A stretch of 64,000 nucleotides of DNA from Bacteriovoracia bacterium (GTDB lineage Bacteria; Bdellovibrionota; UBA1018; JBFWNL01): assembly GCA_050251055.1 (NCBI GenBank), contig JBFWNL010000002.1, forward strand, positions 384,001 through 448,000, given 5' to 3'. Shown in pieces: positions 19,227-28,986 of the stretch. Both the position numbers and the translations under genes were made by a program. Each line of letters begins with the position of its first letter. Position 1 is the stretch's first letter. The notes below the pieces were generated by a model. It did no database searches. It was not told the origin of the DNA and was given only the letters and a program-made list of their open reading frames with translations.

Positions 19227-19834
19227 ACGATGGCCAGGGTTTCGGACTCCTTGAATTGATGGCGTTTCTCGCGGTGAGCACGACTCTGGGTCTGGCTGTG
19301 CTCAACTTTTCCACCTCGGGTTTCCAGATGCGACTTGGCGTCACTCGTGGGTCGGAAATACACCGCGATGCCCTACTCGCGGCGGAGACTCTTCGCAAGG
19401 ACGTCCGGCGCGCCGACACTATCCGCTTGGTTGGTGCCCGGCTCGAACTAGGGGTTCGTGAGTTCGAATCCGACTCGGGTCAGACTCTGACCGGTGAAAT
19501 CATTTACGAAATACAACCCGCCCCGTGCATGAATCCGGGCAGGCGCGCTTGCGTGAGCTTGCGCCGAACCCGGGTGCTTCCCAATTCCGAATTCACCCAA
19601 ACCCTAGCGAACTTGCAAAACCTGGAGTGGTGCGTGCCGTCGGCTAGCTCCGCCTGCATAATTACTAGCCTGGAACACGCCCTGCCCACCCGCTTAACTT
19701 CTCGAAAGCTGGAAGCCGCGTTTCACTTTTCCACGATTTCACCACCCATCACGCTCATCGTAGACCTTCAGAATCGTATAAATTCGAATAGCCAAGGACT
19801 TAAGAGTACAACCGTCGTGATCGGCGCCAACTAA
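19199..19834 (+). CDS. Type IV minor pilin/pseudopilin (PilW-like)
   Basis: G|FGLLELMAFLAV; LRKDVRRA helix; Cys pairs; alternative TTG start at 19223 overlaps the upstream stop. Confidence 0.75.
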   Translation: MDHAPFPRLNDGQGFGLLELMAFLAVSTTLGLAVLNFSTSGFQMRLGVTRGSEIHRDALLAAETLRKDVRRADTIRLVGARLELGVREFESDSGQTLTGEIIYEIQPAPCMNPGRRACVSLRRTRVLPNSEFTQTLANLQNLEWCVPSASSACIITSLEHALPTRLTSRKLEAAFHFSTISPPITLIVDLQNRINSNSQGLKSTTVVIGAN

Positions 19835-19928
19835 CGCACCACCGCATCCGGAAATACCGCTGGAGAAGCATACAGATTATCCACACCCTTCGATTGCCGG
19901 GTCGAACTATTCCAGATAGAACCACGGA

Positions 19929-20201
19929 ATGAAAAGCTACTTCCGCATCACCGGCTTCGCCACGCTGTTTTGCACGGTCTTGGTGGGCTGGTTCTCGCCC
20001 CATGTAATCGGTTGGTACTTCACGCCCCCCGTGGACCTCTCCGTGAGCTGCGGGCCGGCGGTCGCCTGGGGAATCGACACCTACCGAAAAGTGATGGCTT
20101 GGGGGGCGCTAGGTGGGTTCGTCCTCGCGACGGCGCTCTTTATCTTGGTGAAGATGCGCAAGGGCGGCGGCGCCCAGTCCGGCAAACTGAACACGCCCTA
20201 A
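19929..20201 (+). CDS. Small two-TM membrane protein
   Basis: Two hydrophobic segments; basic C-terminal tail. Confidence 0.6.
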   Translation: MKSYFRITGFATLFCTVLVGWFSPHVIGWYFTPPVDLSVSCGPAVAWGIDTYRKVMAWGALGGFVLATALFILVKMRKGGGAQSGKLNTP

Positions 20202-20222
20202 CCCGTGCATCCTCCATTTTGA

Positions 20223-20834
20223 TTACTTCGCGAACACTTGGCTCAAAAGCTTGACGTACGAGCCGTCGGTAAAAAAGTCGAGCGCCATGCGGTTATGCGG
20301 CATCCCGCTGCCTTGGCTCGGCACACGCTTGCCAACGGTAATTCCGCGGTGGCTGCCATCCGCACGATGCACGTCCGTCAAGCCGACGAGCCAAGAATCT
20401 ACGTTCTGGTAGTAAGTGTAATTCAACTCGACGTTCTCCGGGATGACTTCGGGCAAACGTTCGCGGAAAAACTTCGGCACAATATCCAACGTGATCATTA
20501 ATGGAATGCGAATCGTCGCCGTGGCGGGATCCGCTTCCAAGCACTCGGCGATCTCCAGCGCGGCGACCGCTCCCCAACTGTGGCCCGTCAGCACGAGCGT
20601 GCCCAGCGTTCCTTCGAGATACTCCTCCTTGATCTCCAAGCAAGCTTCTTCCCACTCGCTGTTATGCATAATGGTGAACCGAGGCGCCGCTCCGAACGCG
20701 CGCACCTGCTTCGCCACCTCGTCGGCGGCATTGCGAAAGCGTTCGCTTTGATAATCCACGGGTCCGCCCGTGAAGTAGAATACTCGGTCACCCGCCAGTG
20801 CCTGGCTGAGAAACAACAATAAAAATGTAAACAT
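20223..20834 (-). CDS. Secreted alpha/beta-hydrolase-fold protein
   Basis: Signal peptide (ALA-G); nucleophile elbow GHSWG; distal His in MPHNRM. Confidence 0.7.
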   Translation of the reverse strand: MFTFLLLFLSQALAGDRVFYFTGGPVDYQSERFRNAADEVAKQVRAFGAAPRFTIMHNSEWEEACLEIKEEYLEGTLGTLVLTGHSWGAVAALEIAECLEADPATATIRIPLMITLDIVPKFFRERLPEVIPENVELNYTYYQNVDSWLVGLTDVHRADGSHRGITVGKRVPSQGSGMPHNRMALDFFTDGSYVKLLSQVFAK

Positions 20835-20951
20835 GCCCGGTCCCCCCGAAATCTCATCTCACCCGTGGTGGCCCAGACGTACCAAACCCATGCGCGACTT
20901 GCCTAGGTTTTTCCTGGGCATTTGGGTTTTTCCTAAGTAAAAGTAATTTCT

Positions 20952-21653
20952 ATGAAAAAAGACTCAAAACGGATCGCATTAGTCACCGGCGGAAACCGGG
21001 GGATCGGGCTGGAGATCTGCCGCTCTTTGTCGGCCAAGGGCTACCACGTGCTGCTCGCCGCCCGTTCAGCGGAAAAAGGCAAACCCGCCGCCGACGAGAT
21101 CGGCGCCCATTTTCTACGACTCGATGTCGCCGATGAAGACAGCGTCAGAGAAGCTTACGCTCATGTCGCCAAGGAATTCGGCCGCCTGGACGTACTGGTA
21201 AACAACGCGGGCGTGATGCTGGATTCCCGCCAGGATCCCACCGCTTTTGAAGCCGATCCCGAAACCATCACGGAAACTTTCCAAACCAACACCTTGGGCC
21301 CTTTCCTAATGTGCCAAGCCTTCATTCCCCTCATGAAGAAAAACGGTTACGGCCGCGTGGTGAATATTTCCAGCGGCATGGGCCAGCTCTCCCAGATGAA
21401 CGGCGGCTATCCCGCCTACCGCATTTCCAAGACCGCGCTCAACACCGTCACCCGCATTTTCGCCGACGAGCTGCGCGACACGAACGTGCTCGTAAATTCC
21501 GTTTGCCCGGGCTGGGTGAAAACCGAGATGGGTGGCGAGGGCGCGAACCGTTCGCTCGCGGAAGGCGCCGACACGCCGGTTTGGCTGGCAACGCTCCCGG
21601 ACGGGAGCCCCAGCGGCCGCTTCTTCCGCGACCGCAAGGAAATCGACTGGTAG
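20952..21653 (+). CDS. SDR oxidoreductase (carbonyl reductase-like)
   Basis: TGGNRGIG, NNAG, YRISK, CPGWVKT. Confidence 0.93.
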   Translation: MKKDSKRIALVTGGNRGIGLEICRSLSAKGYHVLLAARSAEKGKPAADEIGAHFLRLDVADEDSVREAYAHVAKEFGRLDVLVNNAGVMLDSRQDPTAFEADPETITETFQTNTLGPFLMCQAFIPLMKKNGYGRVVNISSGMGQLSQMNGGYPAYRISKTALNTVTRIFADELRDTNVLVNSVCPGWVKTEMGGEGANRSLAEGADTPVWLATLPDGSPSGRFFRDRKEIDW

Positions 21654-21660
21654 TTCCCAA

Positions 21661-22398
21661 ATGGGAATTGCCGTTCACATCCTGGCGGCGCTCGGCGATC
21701 ACGCCAATTACATCTATATCCTGCGAGACGAAGCTGAGGATTATACGGTTGCCGTGGATCCCGGCGAAGCAAGACCCGTGCTGGAGTTCCTTCAACCGCG
21801 CGGATGGAAGCTTTCGGCGATCTGGAATACACACCACCACTGGGATCACAAAGATGGCAACTTGCCGCTGAAGAGCGCGACCGGTTGCCGAATTTACGGC
21901 CCCGCGAAGGAGCGCGACCGAATTCCCGGGCTGGACGAAGCACTCCAGGAAGGTGACGAGGTCCCCCTGGGAACCGCGCGCGCACGTGCGCTGGAAATAC
22001 CCGGACACACCCTAGGGCACATGGCCTATTGGTTGGAATCAGAAAGCGCGCTTTTTCCGGGCGATACGCTCTTTGCGTTGGGTTGCGGCCGCCTCTTCGA
22101 GGGCACGCCGGAAATGATGCGCCAGTCGCTCGCACGCTTGGCTCAACTTCCGCCCCATACGCGAATTTATTGCGGGCACGAATACACCGAAACCAACTTG
22201 CGATTCGCGCTCGCGCAGGCGCCCGGGCGGCCCGACCTGCTGGAGTATAAAAAAGAAATCTCCGCCCTACGCGCTCAAGGCGAGCCCACGCTTCCCACGC
22301 TCCTTTCACGCGAACTCGCGCTCAACCCGTTTTTACAAGCACGGGAAGCTCCCGCCGAGTTCGCGCGTCTGCGCGGGCTGCGCGATCGTTTTCGCTGA
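21661..22398 (+). CDS. gloB: Hydroxyacylglutathione hydrolase (glyoxalase II)
   Basis: THHHWDH, PGHTLGH, GDTLF..GCGRLFEG, YCGHEYT, NPFL. Confidence 0.92.
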   Translation: MGIAVHILAALGDHANYIYILRDEAEDYTVAVDPGEARPVLEFLQPRGWKLSAIWNTHHHWDHKDGNLPLKSATGCRIYGPAKERDRIPGLDEALQEGDEVPLGTARARALEIPGHTLGHMAYWLESESALFPGDTLFALGCGRLFEGTPEMMRQSLARLAQLPPHTRIYCGHEYTETNLRFALAQAPGRPDLLEYKKEISALRAQGEPTLPTLLSRELALNPFLQAREAPAEFARLRGLRDRFR

Positions 22399-22525
22399 AA
22401 ACCACGCAAAATCGGGCTTTTTTGTCAGTATTTTCGCCGAACTATCTGGTTGATTCGTAATTTCCAATGTGGAATAGTGTTGATCCGTAACGTTCAATAA
22501 ATCCTAAAAACGAAAGGAACCTCGC

Positions 22526-23788
22526 GTGGGACGCCTTGATTTCGGCAGGCACGCATCCATCTGGATCGGCGCGGTCCTCGTTGGCCTCGCCGCGGTCCTC
22601 TACGCGAGCTTGGTTAACGTCGCCCAGGAAACCTTCTTCCGTTGGTTTGGAGCTCACTCCATTCTTACCTCGGCGGCGGCGCCCTTCGCCTTCCTTATCG
22701 CCACCTGGATCGTGCGCCACTTTGCGCCGCACGCCAAAGGCAGTGGGATCCCGCAGGTGCTCGAAGCGGTTGAGGCCGGACGCCGACCGGGAGAGGAACA
22801 TCTCGCGTGGGCTTCTCCCCTGGTTTCCCTGAAAACCGCGGTTTTCAAGGTTTTGTCCTCCGCGGTGGGCATCCTTGGCGGAGCCTCCATCGGGCGCGAG
22901 GGCCCAACCGTCCAAATCGCGGCATCGGTTTTCGCATGGGTAGGGAGGCGCACGCGCCGGTTTGTTCCCCACGTCGAGTTACCTTCTTACTTGATGGCGG
23001 GAGCGGCGGCCGGCGTCGCGGCGGCGTTCAACACCCCGCTGGCCGGGATCACCTTCGCGATCGAAGAGGTCGCCGACGGAGTGATCGGACCGTTCCGCCA
23101 ACCCATGATCCTCGCCGTGATCATCTCCGGCATCACCGCCCAAGCGCTCATCGGAAACTACCTCTACTTCGGCCGTCCGGCCGTATCTTCGCCGGACTTG
23201 CACGTCGCCTACCAAGCCATCATCATCGGTCTGGCGGGAGGCCTCGGAGGCGGCGTGTTTTCACGTTTGCTTGCCTTCCCCAAGGTCGTTCGGCTACCCA
23301 CCCATTGGGCCATTCGCGCCTTCGTCTGCGGGGCCATCTGTGCGCTCATCGCGTATCTCAGCGATGGGGCCACGGCCGGGTCGGGCTACGAAGCGACCCA
23401 GCGCGCGCTGAACTCGTCGTCGGTCGAAGACGCGAGCGTCCTGGCTCCGGTTTGGAAAATGACCACCACGGTGTTGTCCTATTTAGCCGGCATGGCGGGC
23501 GGGATTTTCTCCCCTAGCCTTTCCATCGGCGCAGGAATTGGGATTTCCATCGCGAAGCTCCTGCACTTCGTGAATTTTCGCACGTGCGCGCTGATGGGCA
23601 TGGTCGCTTTTTTTTCCGGCGTGGTCCAGGCCCCCCTCTCCTCGGTGGTCATCGTAATGGAGATGACGGATCGCCACAGCCTGATCCTCCCCTTTCTCGT
23701 GGCGGCGTTTATCGGCCAGGCCGTCGGCAGGCTGCTCATGCCGGTTCCGCTTTACCACTTTTTAGCGAAACGAAACGACGAAGCTTGA
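22526..23788 (+). CDS. ClC-family chloride channel/antiporter
   Basis: GSGIPQ, GREGP, GIFSP motifs. Confidence 0.92.
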   Translation: MGRLDFGRHASIWIGAVLVGLAAVLYASLVNVAQETFFRWFGAHSILTSAAAPFAFLIATWIVRHFAPHAKGSGIPQVLEAVEAGRRPGEEHLAWASPLVSLKTAVFKVLSSAVGILGGASIGREGPTVQIAASVFAWVGRRTRRFVPHVELPSYLMAGAAAGVAAAFNTPLAGITFAIEEVADGVIGPFRQPMILAVIISGITAQALIGNYLYFGRPAVSSPDLHVAYQAIIIGLAGGLGGGVFSRLLAFPKVVRLPTHWAIRAFVCGAICALIAYLSDGATAGSGYEATQRALNSSSVEDASVLAPVWKMTTTVLSYLAGMAGGIFSPSLSIGAGIGISIAKLLHFVNFRTCALMGMVAFFSGVVQAPLSSVVIVMEMTDRHSLILPFLVAAFIGQAVGRLLMPVPLYHFLAKRNDEA

Positions 23789-23836
23789 TGAAACCCCTTA
23801 GCAAAAGCGCGGTTTCTGCGCTAAGGTCCGGGCTCC

Positions 23837-24916
23837 ATGGATAATCCAATGATGAAATGGCTGGGCGCAAGCGCGGATAAAGCCCCCCTTGCTTGGCTCA
23901 TCATTTTTGCGACTTCCCTGCTCGTAACCCTGATTCTGAAGCTCGTCCTCCGGATCGTCTCCGGCCGACTCAGAAAACTCGCCGGAAGGGCGCCTACCAT
24001 CTGGGCATCGGTCGGGTTGGACCTCGTGGACGGGCTGCGCGGATGGGTTCTTCATATCGGGACCTTCTACGTCTTGTCGCGGCCGCTGCCAGGAGAGGCC
24101 ATTATTCACCGCGCGCTTTGGACGCTCACCGTTTTCGCGTCGTCTTTCCAGCTAGCGCTTTGGGGACTTCATCTGATTCGAAACTGGCGAAAAGCTTTCC
24201 TGGAAAGACGCGTGGAAAGCGACCCTTCTTCCTCCGCCGCCATCGGATTGATCTACAAAGCCATGCAGGCGGCTTTTCTCCTGCTGATTCTCATGATCGC
24301 CATGAGCAATCTGGGGATCGACATCAGCGCGCTGATCGCGAGCTTAGGCGTCGGCGGCATCGCCGTCGCGCTCGCGGCCCAAAACGTACTGGGAGATTTA
24401 TTGGCTTCCTTGTCCATCGTCTTCGACAAGCCCTTCGTAGTAGGCGACTTCATCGTTGCGGGTGACGCGCGCGGAACCGTCCTGCAGATCGGGATCAAGA
24501 CCACGCGCCTGCGCAGCCTTTCCGGCGAAGAACTCGTGCTATCAAACAAGGATCTTCTCGAGAGCCGCATCCAGAACTTCAAACGAATGCAGGAACGGCG
24601 AGTGGTCCAGAAATTCGGGATCCTCTACTCCACGCCGGCCGAGAAAATCGAACAGGTCTCCGGGTGGGTACGCCAAATCATCGAGGCCCGGCCGAAGCTC
24701 CGTTTCGACCGCTGCCACTTCGCCGCCTACGGCGACTCATCGCTCGACTTTGAGTTCGTTTTTTACGTGCTCAATCCGGATTACAACGCTTTCATGGATC
24801 TCCAGCAGGAAGTACTGCTCGCCATGTTCCGGAAGTTTCGCGAAGAAGGCGTGGATTTCGCCTTCCCGACCCGCACGCTCTTTATCGAAAAGTCGGCAAC
24901 GCCCACCGCGACGTGA
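23837..24916 (+). CDS. MscS-family mechanosensitive channel
   Basis: SLGVGGIAVALAAQ; DKPFVVGDFI; FAFPTRTL. Confidence 0.92.
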   Translation: MDNPMMKWLGASADKAPLAWLIIFATSLLVTLILKLVLRIVSGRLRKLAGRAPTIWASVGLDLVDGLRGWVLHIGTFYVLSRPLPGEAIIHRALWTLTVFASSFQLALWGLHLIRNWRKAFLERRVESDPSSSAAIGLIYKAMQAAFLLLILMIAMSNLGIDISALIASLGVGGIAVALAAQNVLGDLLASLSIVFDKPFVVGDFIVAGDARGTVLQIGIKTTRLRSLSGEELVLSNKDLLESRIQNFKRMQERRVVQKFGILYSTPAEKIEQVSGWVRQIIEARPKLRFDRCHFAAYGDSSLDFEFVFYVLNPDYNAFMDLQQEVLLAMFRKFREEGVDFAFPTRTLFIEKSATPTAT

Positions 24917-24938
24917 TCCCGCGACCTAAAGGTTCGCC

Positions 24939-25400
24939 TTAGCGCGCGCGCTCTAGCGCCTGCCGAGCGAATGCCTCATCCTCGGCGGCCGTGGCGCCAC
25001 CGACGCCGATGCCGCCGATTTTCGGGCCCTTGCCCTCCACGGGCAGGCCACCGGCCACCGCCATCACGCCCGCGGCGGTGACGATCCCCAGATTTCCCCC
25101 ACTCACCGCCTCGGCAAAGGCAGAAGTGGGCCGACGAAACGCGTTCGCGGACCGCGCTTTCTGGATCGCCGTCTCGATGCTGCCCAGATGGGCGCAAGCG
25201 TCGCGCTCAAAATAAAAAAGGTGTCCCCCTTCGTCCACGATCGCCACCGAAACGCACTTCCCCGCTTTGCGGGCGGCGCCGATCGCCTCACGGGCGAGGG
25301 TCGACGCGCTCTGGGCGGGATCGGGATTACCGGCAGACCAGGCCGGCGCGGTGGACAAAACCAACCCCATCACTAAAACCAACGCGTAGATCATTTTCAT
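24939..25400 (-). CDS. GlcG/HbpS-family heme-binding protein with signal peptide
   Basis: VAIVDEGGHL, KARSANAFRRPT, GGIGVGG...DE; divergent from the LysR gene. Confidence 0.85.
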   Translation of the reverse strand: MKMIYALVLVMGLVLSTAPAWSAGNPDPAQSASTLAREAIGAARKAGKCVSVAIVDEGGHLFYFERDACAHLGSIETAIQKARSANAFRRPTSAFAEAVSGGNLGIVTAAGVMAVAGGLPVEGKGPKIGGIGVGGATAAEDEAFARQALERAR

Positions 25401-25491
25401 GCTTCGTTACCTCGGGGGACAAAGTACGCTTTGTGGTTAAATTAGTAAAATTTACTATTTTTATTTTAATAAGTAGTTATACTAATTATAA

Positions 25492-26340
25492 GTGAACCTG
25501 CACCGGCTCCGCTACTTTTACGATTCGGCTCGCCTGGGCTCGACCACCGAGGCCGCGCGCGCGAACTTCATCACCCAGTCGGCGGTCAGCCAGGCCATCC
25601 GGGCTTTGGAAGACGACCTAAACGGCCAGCTCATTTACCACCGAAAGAACTCCTTCGAACTCACGCCTACCGGTCAGGTCGCCTATCGCGAATGTCAATC
25701 CATCTTCGGCGCCATCGACAACTTCCGCGCTACGCTTTCCAAAACCGCCGAAAAAGTTTCAGGACAGCTGGCCATCGCCGCCACCAACAGCATCGCCCTT
25801 ACGGCGCTGGCCACGCCGCTCGCGAAGCTAACCCAGAGACACCCGGAGCTATCCTTGCAGCTAAAGCTAGGGAACTCGGATCAAGTGAAAGATCATCTTC
25901 GCCGACGCGAAGCCGAACTAGGCTTCCTGCTCGAAGACGACGACCTATCGGAGTTCGACGCCACGGCGATTCGCGAGGGCCGCTTCCAGATCGTGGCGTC
26001 GCCAAAGTTCAAGGCGAGGCGCCCCCTTGAAGGCGTGATCATCACGCGGCCCCATAAGGTCGAAGTGCGCCACTTGCAGAAGCAGTTCGAAAAGGCGTTT
26101 GGCAAGCCACTCGTTTTTCCGATGGAAGTGTTCAGCTGGGAACTCATCCGCCAACTTTGTTTGGATGGTGCGGGGCCCGGCTATTTGCCCGATTACCTGA
26201 TTCGCCAGGAGCTGGCGTCCGGGAAGCTCAAAGTCCTCCACCCTGAGCTAAAACCCTGGAAGTACAAGCTCCTGGCGATTCGGTTGAAAGGGCGCGTGCC
26301 GAGTCGCAACGCCGGGGCACTGCTAGACGCCGTCAGGTAA
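25492..26340 (+). CDS. LysR-family transcriptional regulator
   Basis: HTH AARANFITQSAVSQAIRALE; substrate-binding domain. Confidence 0.93.
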   Translation: MNLHRLRYFYDSARLGSTTEAARANFITQSAVSQAIRALEDDLNGQLIYHRKNSFELTPTGQVAYRECQSIFGAIDNFRATLSKTAEKVSGQLAIAATNSIALTALATPLAKLTQRHPELSLQLKLGNSDQVKDHLRRREAELGFLLEDDDLSEFDATAIREGRFQIVASPKFKARRPLEGVIITRPHKVEVRHLQKQFEKAFGKPLVFPMEVFSWELIRQLCLDGAGPGYLPDYLIRQELASGKLKVLHPELKPWKYKLLAIRLKGRVPSRNAGALLDAVR

Positions 26341-26405
26341 ATTGGGGATTCGTCCACCGCCTCGACAGTCATGGCACTTTTCGAAACTACAAAGAATCTA
26401 TCGTC

Positions 26406-26726
26406 ATGGCGGGGCCCCGCTACAACCCCACCCACCGTGGTCTGCTCGGTCCCTTCATCGCGCTGAAGGCGGGCTATGGCTACGCATCCGGTAACCGCGG
26501 CAGCTTCTTCGGGGAAGGAGAGCTCTACACCTGCCAAGAGCTAGTGCTCCAGCCCGAGGGGGGATACACCTTCCTCCTCGGAAGAAACATCAGTGCAACC
26601 GCGGGCGCCGGCTTCATGGCCGTCGTTCCGCTAGCTACCGAAAACCCCGTGGAGTGGAGCACGTTGGGCATTCTCGTTCACCGCTTCGTCCCCGTGGTAA
26701 ACTTCTCGCTCAGTCTAGCGCTCTAA
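26406..26726 (+). pseudogene. Probable 5'-truncated outer-membrane beta-barrel protein fragment
   Basis: Alternating beta-strand pattern (GPRYNP, LKAGYGY, EGGYTF, VNFSLSLAL); no signal peptide or RBS. Confidence 0.35.
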
Positions 26727-26854
26727 CTCCGAAACACGCTTCGGCACTTCATGCGCCTACGCCGTCCCGCAGATAAGGCGCGCACCCTGCCTACTCCACC
26801 GTAAATTCCCCGGCGGCGAACGCGTGGTCGAACTCGAGGCTCTCTTCGCGCCAG

Positions 26855-27071
26855 CGGAGGAGCCACCACTTCTCAACCCGCCCGCAGAGAACTTCCTGCC
26901 CCACCGCCCATCCTGAAAAGTATCTTCGTACGAGGGGGCGTCCCCGGGCCAGGATGGCGCTGAGGGGTCGAGCGCATGGATGCGCGTCCCCCTCGTACGA
27001 AGATACTTTTCAGGATGGGTGGTGGGATGAAAGATTGTTTGTGCGCGGGTTGAGAAGTGGTGGCTCCTCCG
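26855..27071. repeat. Long imperfect palindrome; arms include an inverted copy of the tRNA-Leu 3' end; central core shared with 45283..45408
   Basis: 26855-26881 is the exact reverse complement of 27045-27071; inner arms (about 26899-26938 and 26988-27026) nearly perfect. Confidence 0.9.
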
Positions 27072-27144
27072 AGACTCGAACTCGGACACCCGTGAGGATA
27101 CTGGATTTTGAGTCCAGCGCGTCTACCAATTCCACCAAGGAGCC
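27058..27144 (-). tRNA. tRNA-Leu (anticodon CAA)
   Basis: GGCTCCT/AGGAGCC acceptor stem; CTGGA-CTCAAAA-TCCAG anticodon arm; long variable arm; GTTCGAGTC T-loop; encoded CCA. Confidence 0.97.
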
Positions 27145-27183
27145 ACGACGGATTGCGTCGAAAATATACTGACTGGATCTTTT

Positions 27184-28212
27184 CTAGCTTAGCCAGCTCC
27201 AGCTGAGAAGCTCAAATTTACCGGAAGCGCTCAATTTATAGTCCGCCTGGAGCGGGAGCGGCGTGTAATTGGGACCATGACCGGCGGGCAATCCTACCGC
27301 GACCGGGATACCGAGCCGATCCCCCAAAGCCCCGAAGATTTCCTGAAAAGCCTTGGCCTGAGCAAACTTCGCCCGGAGGGGCTTGAGCTCGGCCGGCTTG
27401 GGATTCTTCAAAGCTCCTTCCACACGCGCCGGTTTCGGTGCCTTAGCGAGGAACATCGGGCTGCTGTCCCCACAGTCGAGAAAGTCCCCCAGCACGATTG
27501 CCCGCACATTGCGGAATCCACGCGCCTGCTCGAGCTGCTGGATCATGCGGTCGATTCGGCTCACGCTCTCGGCGATGTCTTCCAGAAACAAGATCTTGCC
27601 CCGACCGCCTTCGGGCTCATAAACCGGAGCGTACGGCGTACCTAACAGCGAATTCCAAACCGCGAGATTGCCACCCACCAGCAGTCCGTCCACGTCCGTC
27701 TTGGGTTTTGCGCCGATAAACTTCAGACGCTTGCCTTGCCACGTCGCGGTCTGCGCGCGTCTTTGTACCCACTCGAGCGCGCACTTCCAGTCGGGCTTTT
27801 TCATTAACAGGAAAGATTTCGACGCCGGCATCGGGGCGTGCAAGCAATCCCACCCCCACCGATCGGCCACGAACGCGTGCAACACCGTTACGTCGGAATA
27901 ACCCACCAGCAGCTTCCGCCGCGGCTTCCCTTCTTCGGCCGTCCAGCGGTCGAGATACGGTAGCAGGTGGTTCGCGCCATACCCGCCGCGCGCCGACCAG
28001 ATCACGTCGAAACGCGAGTCGTGGGCGTAATCAAAAAACGCGCGCGCGCGCTCCTCCGTCGAGCCGGCGAAAACAAAGTCCCGCTTCTTCACCGCAGGGT
28101 GTACGACGGGTTCCACTCCGGAAGCGCGCAGGCGTTCGAGCGCGATCTGGAACTCGACTTGGGGTACGATCGAAGACGGCGCCACGACGCCGATGGGAAA
28201 CGGGCGTTTCAA
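27184..28212 (-). CDS. ldcA: LD-carboxypeptidase (peptidase S66)
   Basis: VVAPSS, RGGYGA, GYSDVT, GGNL, LFLED, GHG; TTG start overlapping the engB stop is likely. Confidence 0.88.
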   Translation of the reverse strand: MKRPFPIGVVAPSSIVPQVEFQIALERLRASGVEPVVHPAVKKRDFVFAGSTEERARAFFDYAHDSRFDVIWSARGGYGANHLLPYLDRWTAEEGKPRRKLLVGYSDVTVLHAFVADRWGWDCLHAPMPASKSFLLMKKPDWKCALEWVQRRAQTATWQGKRLKFIGAKPKTDVDGLLVGGNLAVWNSLLGTPYAPVYEPEGGRGKILFLEDIAESVSRIDRMIQQLEQARGFRNVRAIVLGDFLDCGDSSPMFLAKAPKPARVEGALKNPKPAELKPLRAKFAQAKAFQEIFGALGDRLGIPVAVGLPAGHGPNYTPLPLQADYKLSASGKFELLSWSWLS

Positions 28213-28847
28213 ACGGGTTGCTCCAATTCCTTGGATAACAAAAACTGCACGAGATCCCGAACTCCCTGCTTCTTTTCGACCGAAATCCAAAAAGTGCGGT
28301 GATCCGGGAACCCCAACTTTGCCAACTCGGCGGGCGCCTCCCGAAAGCGCCGCGCGCGTTCGGATTGCGTTTTCACTTCGTCAAGCTTGGTGAATACAAA
28401 AGTAACCTGCGAGGGGCTAAAGTTCAAGGAGCCCAGGAACTCGAGCGCTTCTGCGTCGAGCTTCGTGGGGCCGTGGCGCGCATCGAGCAGCACCAAAAGC
28501 TGCGCCAGCCGGGTATCGGCGCGCAAATACGCTTCGATCAGCTTCGCCCATTCTTCGCGATCGGAGGCTTTGCCCTTGGCGAAACCGTAGCCGGGCATGT
28601 CCGAAAGAATGCGATTGGCTCCCGTCGCGGTGTCCTTCCACTCGAAGAAATGAATCGCCCGCGTGCGCCCCGGCGTCTTACTCACCCGCGCGTCGCGACG
28701 TCCAAGGAGCGCATTCAACAGCGAACTCTTACCCACGTTCGAGCGGCCCACAAAAGCGATGCGCGGAAAACCCAATCCTTGCAGGTACTCGCCCTTGAAA
28801 AGCTTGGGCAGCTGCTTGGGATCCGCCAGGGTAATGATGAAAGACAT
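28209..28847 (-). CDS. engB: Ribosome biogenesis GTPase YihA/YsxC
   Basis: GRSNVGKSS, SKTPGRT, DMPGYG, TKLD. Confidence 0.93.
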   Translation of the reverse strand: MSFIITLADPKQLPKLFKGEYLQGLGFPRIAFVGRSNVGKSSLLNALLGRRDARVSKTPGRTRAIHFFEWKDTATGANRILSDMPGYGFAKGKASDREEWAKLIEAYLRADTRLAQLLVLLDARHGPTKLDAEALEFLGSLNFSPSQVTFVFTKLDEVKTQSERARRFREAPAELAKLGFPDHRTFWISVEKKQGVRDLVQFLLSKELEQPV

Positions 28848-28986
28848 TCTTCGTTTGTACCCTCCCCCGCCCAACGGCGCAACGATTGGATCGGTATTGA
28901 ACCCGTCGCCCCCGTGAAACCCGTCCTATTTCCCGCCAACCCTGGCGCGTGCCTTGCTCTAGCGGCCGTCCAGGAGGAATCAAAAC

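Noticed and set aside
19877-19885. Perfect DnaA box TTATCCACA
   Set aside because: Single copy; no box cluster, unwinding element or dnaA/gidA context, so not oriC.
25443-25457. Palindrome TAGTAAAATTTACTA between the GlcG-like gene and lysR
   Set aside because: Plausibly the LysR site, but in very AT-rich DNA and not a canonical T-N11-A; ordinary.
26855-27144. tRNA-integrated genomic island (attL/attR)
   Set aside because: The duplication is inverted and local; no integrase or distant direct repeat seen.
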